Origin: Bacteroidota bacterium
GTDB taxonomy: Bacteria > Bacteroidota > Bacteroidia > Bacteroidales > ML635J-15
Assembly (NCBI GenBank): GCA_034721855.1
Contig: JAYENB010000007.1
Coordinates: 38,688 to 90,671 of the forward strand
Reading direction: 5' to 3'
DNA length: 51,984 bases
In this document: positions 44,605 through 51,984 of the stretch, one piece after another
Layout of the letters: the number at the start of each line of letters is the position of its first letter
Numbering within the stretch: the first letter of the stretch is position 1
Program-made: the position numbers and the translations under genes
Notes under the pieces: model-generated
Told to the model about the DNA's origin: nothing
What the model saw: the letters and a program-made list of their open reading frames with translations, nothing else
The model's database searches: none

Positions 44605-45609
44605 TTATTTATCTTTATTTTTGTCGTTTTTGCCTTTTTCACGAGGTTCATCATCCGCATTTGAAATGGAATCCCTCATGCTTGTATCCGCCTGGATGTT
44701 TTTCATCTTATAGTAATCCATAATACCGAGGTTTCCGCTTCTGAATGCTTCGGCCATGGCTTTTGGCACTTGGGCTTCGGCTTCAACAACATGGGCTTTC
44801 ATTTCCTGGGTAAGTGCTTTCATTTCCTGCTCTTTGGCATAACCCATAGCACGTCGTTCTTCTGCCTTTGCCTGTGCTACTTTCAGGTCAGCTTCAGCCT
44901 GGTCAATTTGCAAGCCGGCACCAATATTTTTCCCAATATCAATATCAGCAATATCAATGGAAAGGATTTCAAAAGCAGTTCCTGCATCAAGGCCTTTTTT
45001 AAGCACCACTTTGGAAATACTGTCGGGATTTTCGAGTACGGTTTTGTGTGTGGCGGATGAGCCTATAGAAGAGACAATACCTTCGCCAACCCGTGCCAGC
45101 ACAGTTTCTTCACCTGCACCACCAACCAATTGTTTGATATTGGCGCGCACGGTCACCCTTGCTTTTGCAATGACCTGAATTCCATCCAGGGCTACTGCTG
45201 CCACAGGGGGGGTGTTGATAACCCGCGGATTTACCGACATCTGTACAGCTTCAAACACATCGCGTCCGGCCAGGTCAATAGCGGTTGCCATCTGTAAGTG
45301 CAGGCCTATATTTGCTTTGGATGCAGATACCAATGCATGCACCACTTTTTCCACATGACCGCCTGCAAGGTAGTGCGCTTCAAGGTCATTTCTTCCCAGA
45401 ACCAATCCTGCTTTTGTTCCTTCAATCATCGCCCTTACAATAATAGCCGGGGGTACTTTTCTCCACCGCATAAAAATCAATTGCAGCAGAGAAATCCTGA
45501 CCCCCGAAACCAGTGCCTGGAACCATAATCCCAGGGGGATGAAATATAAAAACAGCCATAAAAAAACAATGGCTCCGCCGATAATTAATACATAACCTAG
45601 TGTTCCCAT
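44605..45609 (-). CDS. floA: flotillin-like protein FloA (UPF0365/YqfA)
   Basis: 334 aa. Long stretches match B. subtilis FloA as I recall it ([54 protein letters not shown]). Confidence 0.93.
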   Translation of the reverse strand: MGTLGYVLIIGGAIVFLWLFLYFIPLGLWFQALVSGVRISLLQLIFMRWRKVPPAIIVRAMIEGTKAGLVLGRNDLEAHYLAGGHVEKVVHALVSASKANIGLHLQMATAIDLAGRDVFEAVQMSVNPRVINTPPVAAVALDGIQVIAKARVTVRANIKQLVGGAGEETVLARVGEGIVSSIGSSATHKTVLENPDSISKVVLKKGLDAGTAFEILSIDIADIDIGKNIGAGLQIDQAEADLKVAQAKAEERRAMGYAKEQEMKALTQEMKAHVVEAEAQVPKAMAEAFRSGNLGIMDYYKMKNIQADTSMRDSISNADDEPREKGKNDKNKDK

Positions 45610-45703
45610 AATGTTTATTTTTAAAGTTCTTTATTTAATAGGTGTAAAAATAATAAAATAAATGTATATTAACAAAAATAACTGCTTATTACCGCAAAAA
45701 CTA

Positions 45704-45742
45704 CACGAATGTACGATGGAACGAAAGCACGATTGCACGATT
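45704..45742 (+). repeat. short CACGA-type array in the nfeD-floA spacer
   Basis: The sequence is CACGAATGTACGATGGAACGAAAGCACGATTGCACGATTG. Confidence 0.7.
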
Positions 45743-45748
45743 GAATAG

Positions 45749-46222
45749 TTACAAGGTTCTTACAATAACTTTATTTTTTCTTACTTCAATTATTTTAAGT
45801 TTAGTTCCGGGGTCAATCAGCCCGTCCAGCGATTCGGCTTCCACAGTAATATCATTCACACGCACCGTGCCTGATGGCCCAAGCCTTGAAATAGCGGTAG
45901 CTGTATCGCCAGGTTTTATGCTGTCTTCTTTGAAATATTCTACCTTTGACTGTACCGAATCATTGAGGGAAAGTTTTTTCCATGTGTTGGATTTTAGAAA
46001 AAACACAATGGAAACAACGAGAAGGGCCAAAGCACCTCCCAATGCCCACAGTCCGGCTGCTGTGCCAACCGAATCAAAAGCAATGTAAACACCGGCACCT
46101 ACCAGCAGAATGCCGCCGATTCCCGCTATCGTGGTTCCCGGGATAACAAGCAGTTCAAGCCATATCAACACAAGGCCCAACAATATCAAAAATATAACAG
46201 CTCCAATACCCATGTTATTCAA
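45749..46222 (-). CDS. NfeD family membrane protein
   Basis: 157 aa with N-terminal TM helices and a C-terminal OB-like domain. It sits upstream of floA, as in the yqeZ-yqfA arrangement. Confidence 0.8.
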   Translation of the reverse strand: MNNMGIGAVIFLILLGLVLIWLELLVIPGTTIAGIGGILLVGAGVYIAFDSVGTAAGLWALGGALALLVVSIVFFLKSNTWKKLSLNDSVQSKVEYFKEDSIKPGDTATAISRLGPSGTVRVNDITVEAESLDGLIDPGTKLKIIEVRKNKVIVRTL

Positions 46223-46514
46223 TCATTACGTTTAACCCACGTTCAATCAAGGTATCTTTCATTGGTTTCAGCTCATCAAATTTGCCGGTTTTTACATCAC
46301 ATTTTCCCTTAAAATGCGTAATGTAGGCACATTGTTCAGCCTGTGTATGATCATGCTTACAAACCTCAACAAGGCTGTCAATGACAGAATCAAAACTGTT
46401 AACATCATCGTTGTACAAAACCATAGACTTATAATTGCCTGCCTTATGGTTTCTGTTTTTTGACGACTTAATATGTTCACGGGTCTTTTTTACCATATCA
46501 GCAAAATTAATCAA
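46215..46514 (-). CDS. clpS: ATP-dependent Clp protease adaptor ClpS
   Basis: 99 aa with a ClpS-like core: YKSMVLYNDDVNSFDSVIDSL...H..A....THFKGK. Confidence 0.85.
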   Translation of the reverse strand: MINFADMVKKTREHIKSSKNRNHKAGNYKSMVLYNDDVNSFDSVIDSLVEVCKHDHTQAEQCAYITHFKGKCDVKTGKFDELKPMKDTLIERGLNVMIE

Positions 46515-49500
46515 ATTTCATAATTAACATGGCCTGACGTACAGGTATTTTTACATTTCCTCTGTATGCAGTAAGAAAAGCATCTGGTACCTGGGGTTTT
46601 ATCATTCTTCTTAGTGCAAATCTGGCCACGGCGTAATTTTCAAACCCAGTGAGTTGATAATAATGATATCTGCCTTTGCGCATGATGACAATGCGATAAG
46701 GAGAAAATTCATTTTTATACAGCCTCAGGACATCATTGTCCATTTTGCCAGCAAAAGCCCCAATCTGAATGCGTATTTCAGGCGTTACATCCGCTGTATC
46801 GGCCGGGGCAACTTCTATTTCTTCACGTATAACGGGAATATTCATTCTTGCTGCAGCCTCTCCGGCAGTTTCTCTGCGAGTAGCGGCAACAGCCGGGCCA
46901 GATGCTTGTCCTCCAACATGCAAGGTTACAAATGCATCCGGGATGGTATTTCTTATTGTGTTTAAACTGGCATTTGCTTCAGAACGTGTTGCATACCTGC
47001 CATGAAAATACCGGAAATTGCCTCCAGATGTATGGTTATAGAAATCTGTTGATATGCCAAGGATATTGCTTTGTTCCTTAACACGGCTAAACACGCCGAT
47101 TTGAACAGTAAAAAACGATTCTGAAATTTCACTGATGTTCCTGGCCATGACATTTACCCCTGTTTGTGTCTCTGTTTGGTATTCAGCCAACATACCCCGG
47201 TCTCCGTAATAATTGAATTCAGGCGGTTTGTTAGTTTCCAGGTGGCTGTATTGCCTTGCTTGCGATAGCCTCAGCCTGCGGCCTTCGAGATAACCAACCA
47301 CAAATGCATCACTAAATCCTATGCGTTTGACAAGGGATAAGGGTTGCTGCCATGATCTTGTGTTATAAAATTTCCCCACCAGGTACCGGTACAATGGCCT
47401 GTTTTGAACCCGTTCGTTGACAACAGGGCTTAAATTCCGATAACGATTCCCCTGCAATGGTTGTCCAAGCGCAGCAATTTGAATCCGGTAAAAGAAATCG
47501 CTGTCAGTAAAGTCTGTTTCTTCCGCAGTACGGGTGTCTTCCTTTTGTTCATCTTGTACATCTATTCTTGTGTCACGTGTTTCACGATCAACCTGGTAAT
47601 CTCGTCTATCCTGCTCAGATGTTATCCTGTCTTCTGTATCACTTTCCGTCCTTCTTTCTTCATCCCTCTCTTGTGTATCCGGTCGCCGGATTTCCCAGTC
47701 ATTTTCAGTATAATCATCACGGGTTTCTGTCCTGTTTTGAACCGTTTCAGAATGGGTATCATCCACTGTTTTAGCCATAAGTTCCGGTCTTTTACCCTGG
47801 TAATGTTTAACAAGTTTTTCCAGCTTATTTTTTGCATCTTCACCAGGTTGATTGCGCAAATGCAGTAAATTGTTCACTTCTTTGAGTAATCCGGCAGCAT
47901 ACGTTAAGTTGTTTGCTCGTTCTTTTTTTGAAAGTTCATCTTTTATGGTCATTAACCTATGTGTCCTGTTAGCACTGGATTCGAGGCTATCAACAATTTG
48001 ATCAACTGCTTTTTCAGTGGATGTCGAAGGTGCTTTAACCCTTTCTTTCTGCGCATTCAAAACCTGTTTTTGCTCCCTGTATTCTGCTTCCTGCAATGCC
48101 AATTTATCAGAGTACAACGATTGTTTGAGTTTTTGAACCTGTTTTTGAATTTTACTTTCAGACCATGATTTATTTTTGATGGTTTCTATTTCCTGTTCGT
48201 TAGCATTAATATTTTCTTTTATGTTTTGCTTTTCCGAACGTATTTCTGCCATGTTTTTTTTCTGTTTAGCATTGTAAGGCAAATCATCTGCATCCGATAC
48301 ATCCCAGGCACTAAGCGCGTCGGTAAGCTCCTGGTCAGGAGGCCTGTCATACTTGCGATTAATCAACTTGGACTGAATATCATACCATTCAGGAGGCAAT
48401 ATTTGCCTGGGGTTTCTCCTGACTGAATTCAAAAGCGCTTCTTGTTTTGATAAAATATCCATCTTTTCGACAAACAAATCCGTTGAAAAAGCCATTTCCT
48501 GTTTTCTTAACGAAGGGCTAATGTCTTGTATTTCAGGAGGGATAAAATCATCAGTGCTTTTTTCAGGGATATTGTATTCATTAATTTTTCCCATCTCGGC
48601 CAGGGTTTGCAGCTTTTTATTGTTTTCTTCTATCCGCTGGTCCATGGTTTTAATTTCAGAGTGTATAAGCTTGTTCAGTGATTCACCCATGGTATAGTTG
48701 ATGATGTCTTTTTCACTGGTAAGGTGGATTCTCTCAATCTTGTTGGGTGTGGAAGCTAACCGTGCGTTTATGGTTTCGTCAGCCCTGGCCAGGCTGTCTG
48801 TTTTTTCCAGGATTTTTTCCTTAAGTTGCACTGTATAACCTCCACCAGCCGTTTTGACATTTTCTTCCGGCTCTTCTACGTCAGTCAGCTTTTCTATTTG
48901 CCTGTTTTCAAAAGCCTTATATTCAGAAGCAGAAGGCAAATCAGGTGTTGTAAATTCTGTCAATAGTTCCCCTGTATTTTCCTTGTAAACTTCGTTTAAC
49001 AATTGATTTGCCTGTTGTGCTTTCTGTTCCGCTTTTTCATACAAGCTTATGCTGCGGGACGGGTCTTTCTGATTATCGGCAGCAATACGTAATCCTTTGG
49101 CATCTTCCATTAGGTTCTCAGCTTTTTGTATTGTCCTTGTCTGATCAGCAATTTCGTCTTTCCCTTTCAAGGTATTAAATGCGGTCTTCAATTGAGTGTA
49201 ATATCCCTGATGGACTTCCACTACGCTGTTTCCTTTTTCTTCCAGCTTGTTTTTATAATGCCTTATTTTAGCATCTGTTGATTTGGGTGGTGCTTCCTCA
49301 GATTCTGACAAGGATTTCCTGACCTCTTTAGTCGAAGCAGTGATCTTTTCAGGTGTATAGATATCAGAGATATCCTCCTCATATGTTTCTGTATCAGTTC
49401 CTGTGCCTGTGTTTGTTTCTGTGTCTGTGTCTGTATCCCGGGTGTCTGAAACATTGGTGTTATCCTGGTCTTTTGTGTCATCAGAAGCATACACATCTTC

Positions 49501-51768
49501 TTCCATGAAGGCAGATACTTCCTGATTTGCTGTCTTCAATTTCTCAATCTTATGATCCAGTGCTTCATATAAATCCCGTATTTTACTTTCATCCTTTTCT
49601 TTACTGATTTGATTTTGTAAAGCGTTTGCATCATAAACCAGGTTTTGCTGCCTGCTGACTTTTTGAGCCAGCTTTGGTTGCCGGTTTATGATATTTTGAG
49701 GTATCTGATCATTAAGCAACCTTGCCTGTGACAGATTCTGTTCCACAGACTCTTTGAATGCTTCATTTTCATACCAGGGCTCAATAGCGTATTTTTTATT
49801 GGTGTTCCTTTGAATTTGTTTGCGTTTTTCCGAGAGATTTGTAATGCGTTCTTTACGGAAATCAAACGAGATCTCACTGATTTCTCTTTCGGGTAATGTG
49901 ACGGAATCTGCTGGTTTTGAATCAAGCTTAGCAAGTATGGTTCTGGCATGTTTGATTTGATTTTTCATGTCCCTCATTTTCAGGCTATCCAAACTGATTT
50001 TATACGCAAGTTGATTGTATTGGTTTTTTAAATCATTCTGTAATGCCTGCAGTTCTTCATCATCCCTTCCGCCCAGCTTATTTACTTTTTCTAAATTTTG
50101 TTGCATTTCCCGTTCAATCCCGGCAAGTTTATCTTTACTGGATTGCAGATTTTCCACTTGTTTATCCAGTTTGTTCTCCAGATCAGCCAGGATGTCAATG
50201 TTTTTGTATTGATCTATAATGCGTTGATTGCTCTCATGGATGCTTTGTAACTCACTCATAAGGGTTTCAAACGTATTTTGGCTGGGTTTTTCAGGTAATT
50301 CCCCGTAACTTGAACGGAGTTCTTTGGTATCGGATTTAAGACTGTTAAGTTGCTGCCTGTACATATGATGAATCTCCGCGGCATCCAACATGAATTTTGT
50401 GTCTCCGGATTTTTTGGCTTCAATGACGCTGTGTTTAAACCTGTTGAGTTTTTCATCTCCTTGATCAGAGAGTTCATCCATCGTGTTAAAATCAGATTCC
50501 ACTGTTTCACGGAGGTCTGAATATTTTGCCAGATTTTTATCTGATGGTAGGCTCTCTTCTTTTGTGTCCCGTGCCGTTTTACGTTCATCCCGCCTGTCTT
50601 TGATTTCCTTAGTAGATTCATCCCTCATTTTCATTTGATCCGCTAGCGGGCTGAGTTCTAATTTTGAAATGTTCCTGAGGTCCTGTATGTTCTCAATTTC
50701 ACGTTCTTCCGGGTCTTTCTTAATTTTTATGGTATAAACAATCAACCGATCGCCTTCAGCATCCCTGTTGGAAGTGAAAATGGCGTAGTCCATGACAGAA
50801 TCAGTTACATACAGGATGTCATCCAACGGACTGTTAACAGGGAAATCCAGGTTTTGTGGGACGCCCCAGCTTCCGGCTGATTCATTGTATTTTGAAACAA
50901 ACAGATCATATCCCCCCATGCTGTTGTGTCCTTTTGAGCTAAAAAACAATCGTTTTCCGTCCGGAAGTAAAAACGGATAAGTTTCGTCTTCATTGGTGTT
51001 TATAGGGTGTTCCAGTTTATAAGGCTCGCCCCATGTCCCGTCAGGCTGCCGGTCTGCAAAATATATGTCTTTTCCTGTGTTGCCCCGCTTACCATAACTG
51101 CTGAACATCAATTTATCGTTTGCATCTGAAATGAAGGCGATGGGATTTTCTTCGTGCTTACTGTCATACCGTGTCTGCAACGAAGGGTGCTTTTTCACAA
51201 ACTCCCCGCCAATGCCATCCATGTCGTAAGCATAATAAAAATTGCTTCTGTTTAGATTTTTTTTGTCAACAACATCCAGCACATAAGCATACCTGATCAG
51301 TTTTTTCCCGTTGTTGGCCATGAGAATTTGCCGTCGTACCGGGAATTTATCCCTTTCCCTCCTTCGCACATCATCAGGATTAAACTTAGTATAATGCCTG
51401 ATGGCCTGATCAAACATATACCGCTGGTGATATGCCTGTCCCAGGTAATAATGTATTTGAGGAATTTCAGATTTTGATTGGCTTTTGGCAATGTTCAGGT
51501 ATTCAATGGCCTTTTCGACATCGCGGTTTAATTGAATGAGACAGGCTGCATATTTGTACCTGAAAACAACATCGTCAGTGTACAGGCTCAGCAATTGCGA
51601 ATACAGTCGCAGAGCCCTTTCGTAATCCTCATTTTCCATGCTCTCTTCTGCCTGCTCGTATAACTCTTCCTCCTCATCTGTTAATTCCGAGTTTTGAGCA
51701 AAAACAGAAGACTGTATTCCGCAACCCAAAAAAAGGCTGGAAATGAAAATTATTATTATTTTTTGCAT
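46507..51768 (-). CDS. giant secreted TPR / TolB-like beta-propeller / coiled-coil protein with three C-terminal SPOR-like repeats
   Basis: The start was set at the ATG (MQKIIIIFISSLFLGC). The ORF track extends to a GTG at 51777. PD40-like repeats are present (YPFLLPDGKRLFFSS, AIFTSNRD). SPOR-like segments are FFYRIQIAALGQ, FFTVQIGVFSRV and EIRIQIGAFAGK. Confidence 0.8.
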   Translation of the reverse strand: MQKIIIIFISSLFLGCGIQSSVFAQNSELTDEEEELYEQAEESMENEDYERALRLYSQLLSLYTDDVVFRYKYAACLIQLNRDVEKAIEYLNIAKSQSKSEIPQIHYYLGQAYHQRYMFDQAIRHYTKFNPDDVRRRERDKFPVRRQILMANNGKKLIRYAYVLDVVDKKNLNRSNFYYAYDMDGIGGEFVKKHPSLQTRYDSKHEENPIAFISDANDKLMFSSYGKRGNTGKDIYFADRQPDGTWGEPYKLEHPINTNEDETYPFLLPDGKRLFFSSKGHNSMGGYDLFVSKYNESAGSWGVPQNLDFPVNSPLDDILYVTDSVMDYAIFTSNRDAEGDRLIVYTIKIKKDPEEREIENIQDLRNISKLELSPLADQMKMRDESTKEIKDRRDERKTARDTKEESLPSDKNLAKYSDLRETVESDFNTMDELSDQGDEKLNRFKHSVIEAKKSGDTKFMLDAAEIHHMYRQQLNSLKSDTKELRSSYGELPEKPSQNTFETLMSELQSIHESNQRIIDQYKNIDILADLENKLDKQVENLQSSKDKLAGIEREMQQNLEKVNKLGGRDDEELQALQNDLKNQYNQLAYKISLDSLKMRDMKNQIKHARTILAKLDSKPADSVTLPEREISEISFDFRKERITNLSEKRKQIQRNTNKKYAIEPWYENEAFKESVEQNLSQARLLNDQIPQNIINRQPKLAQKVSRQQNLVYDANALQNQISKEKDESKIRDLYEALDHKIEKLKTANQEVSAFMEEDVYASDDTKDQDNTNVSDTRDTDTDTETNTGTGTDTETYEEDISDIYTPEKITASTKEVRKSLSESEEAPPKSTDAKIRHYKNKLEEKGNSVVEVHQGYYTQLKTAFNTLKGKDEIADQTRTIQKAENLMEDAKGLRIAADNQKDPSRSISLYEKAEQKAQQANQLLNEVYKENTGELLTEFTTPDLPSASEYKAFENRQIEKLTDVEEPEENVKTAGGGYTVQLKEKILEKTDSLARADETINARLASTPNKIERIHLTSEKDIINYTMGESLNKLIHSEIKTMDQRIEENNKKLQTLAEMGKINEYNIPEKSTDDFIPPEIQDISPSLRKQEMAFSTDLFVEKMDILSKQEALLNSVRRNPRQILPPEWYDIQSKLINRKYDRPPDQELTDALSAWDVSDADDLPYNAKQKKNMAEIRSEKQNIKENINANEQEIETIKNKSWSESKIQKQVQKLKQSLYSDKLALQEAEYREQKQVLNAQKERVKAPSTSTEKAVDQIVDSLESSANRTHRLMTIKDELSKKERANNLTYAAGLLKEVNNLLHLRNQPGEDAKNKLEKLVKHYQGKRPELMAKTVDDTHSETVQNRTETRDDYTENDWEIRRPDTQERDEERRTESDTEDRITSEQDRRDYQVDRETRDTRIDVQDEQKEDTRTAEETDFTDSDFFYRIQIAALGQPLQGNRYRNLSPVVNERVQNRPLYRYLVGKFYNTRSWQQPLSLVKRIGFSDAFVVGYLEGRRLRLSQARQYSHLETNKPPEFNYYGDRGMLAEYQTETQTGVNVMARNISEISESFFTVQIGVFSRVKEQSNILGISTDFYNHTSGGNFRYFHGRYATRSEANASLNTIRNTIPDAFVTLHVGGQASGPAVAATRRETAGEAAARMNIPVIREEIEVAPADTADVTPEIRIQIGAFAGKMDNDVLRLYKNEFSPYRIVIMRKGRYHYYQLTGFENYAVARFALRRMIKPQVPDAFLTAYRGNVKIPVRQAMLIMKFD

Positions 51769-51920
51769 CCAATTCACTCGAAATAATTATCTTTAAGAAT
51801 CTTTATAAAAATAACATTTTTTCAATGGCGAAAAAAGCTTATATAAATTAGACATATAAACGGCCTTTTTTTTATAAACGAAAGCGTTAAAACTTCAACG
51901 CTTACAAAGAAAACTATATT

Positions 51921-51984
51921 ATGGTAACAAGACAATTGAAATACGGGGATAAAGCAGCAGCTTTTAACGGATTTGATCAAAATA
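51921..51984 (+). CDS. possible 5' end of a CDS running off the window (MVTRQLKYGDKAAAFNGFDQN...)
   Basis: ATG with an open frame to the window edge. It is too short to classify. Confidence 0.25.
   Translation, partial: MVTRQLKYGDKAAAFNGFDQN

Noticed and set aside
49380-49450. TG/CTGT-rich microsatellite-like stretch in the giant SPOR protein gene (encodes DTRDTDTDTETNTGTGTDTE)
   Set aside because: The repeat is imperfect with no uniform unit, so there is no evidence for phase variation. It is probably just a low-complexity linker.

Overview
Chromosomal segment of a Bacteroidota-type genome. Supporting signs are a T9SS PorV/PorU-like gene pair, T9SS C-terminal sorting domains, and TAnnTTTG -7 boxes 7-52 nt upstream of most operon starts. 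No rRNA, tRNA or CRISPR array was recognised. Positions 1-13.6 kb are an accessory, partly decayed patchwork. It holds two DUF4143-type AAA+ ATPase genes, each with periodic direct repeats in its promoter, an LPP20-like secreted protein and an autoinhibited Fic enzyme. It also holds a frameshifted PEGA gene, a REP-like hairpin next to a 3'-truncated IS200/RAYT-like transposase, and a 5'-truncated Ig/FISUMP gene. The patchwork ends with a visibly AT-rich four-gene island: a HEPN-like protein, a small acidic protein ending in an ssrA-like ...SNNYALAA tail, a SecB-like chaperone and a NERD-like PD-(D/E)xK nuclease. That island is my best candidate for an undescribed system, namely a chaperone-addicted toxin-antitoxin or defence module. 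Positions 13.6-52 kb are mostly core genes. In order they are an Ntn hydrolase, an FGE-like protein, rimP-nusA-infB-M23 peptidase, a GT-C-like membrane protein and a PorV-like/PorU-like pair. These are followed by an FkbM methyltransferase, yjbQ, GSCFA and a ribE-galE-rfbB-PHP phosphatase-TM2 operon. Then come a macro-domain protein, a pncB'-'pncA deletion chimera, a histidine kinase and yceD-rpmF-plsX-fabH. The window ends with a translationally coupled operon encoding a giant TPR/SPOR protein, clpS, nfeD and floA. Intergenic DNA carries several dispersed repeat families: a 303-bp MITE with terminal inverted repeats and a TAGTTA target duplication, a second MITE-like element, CACGA-type short-period arrays at gene ends, a hairpin element present in compact and expanded form, and REP-like hairpin modules.
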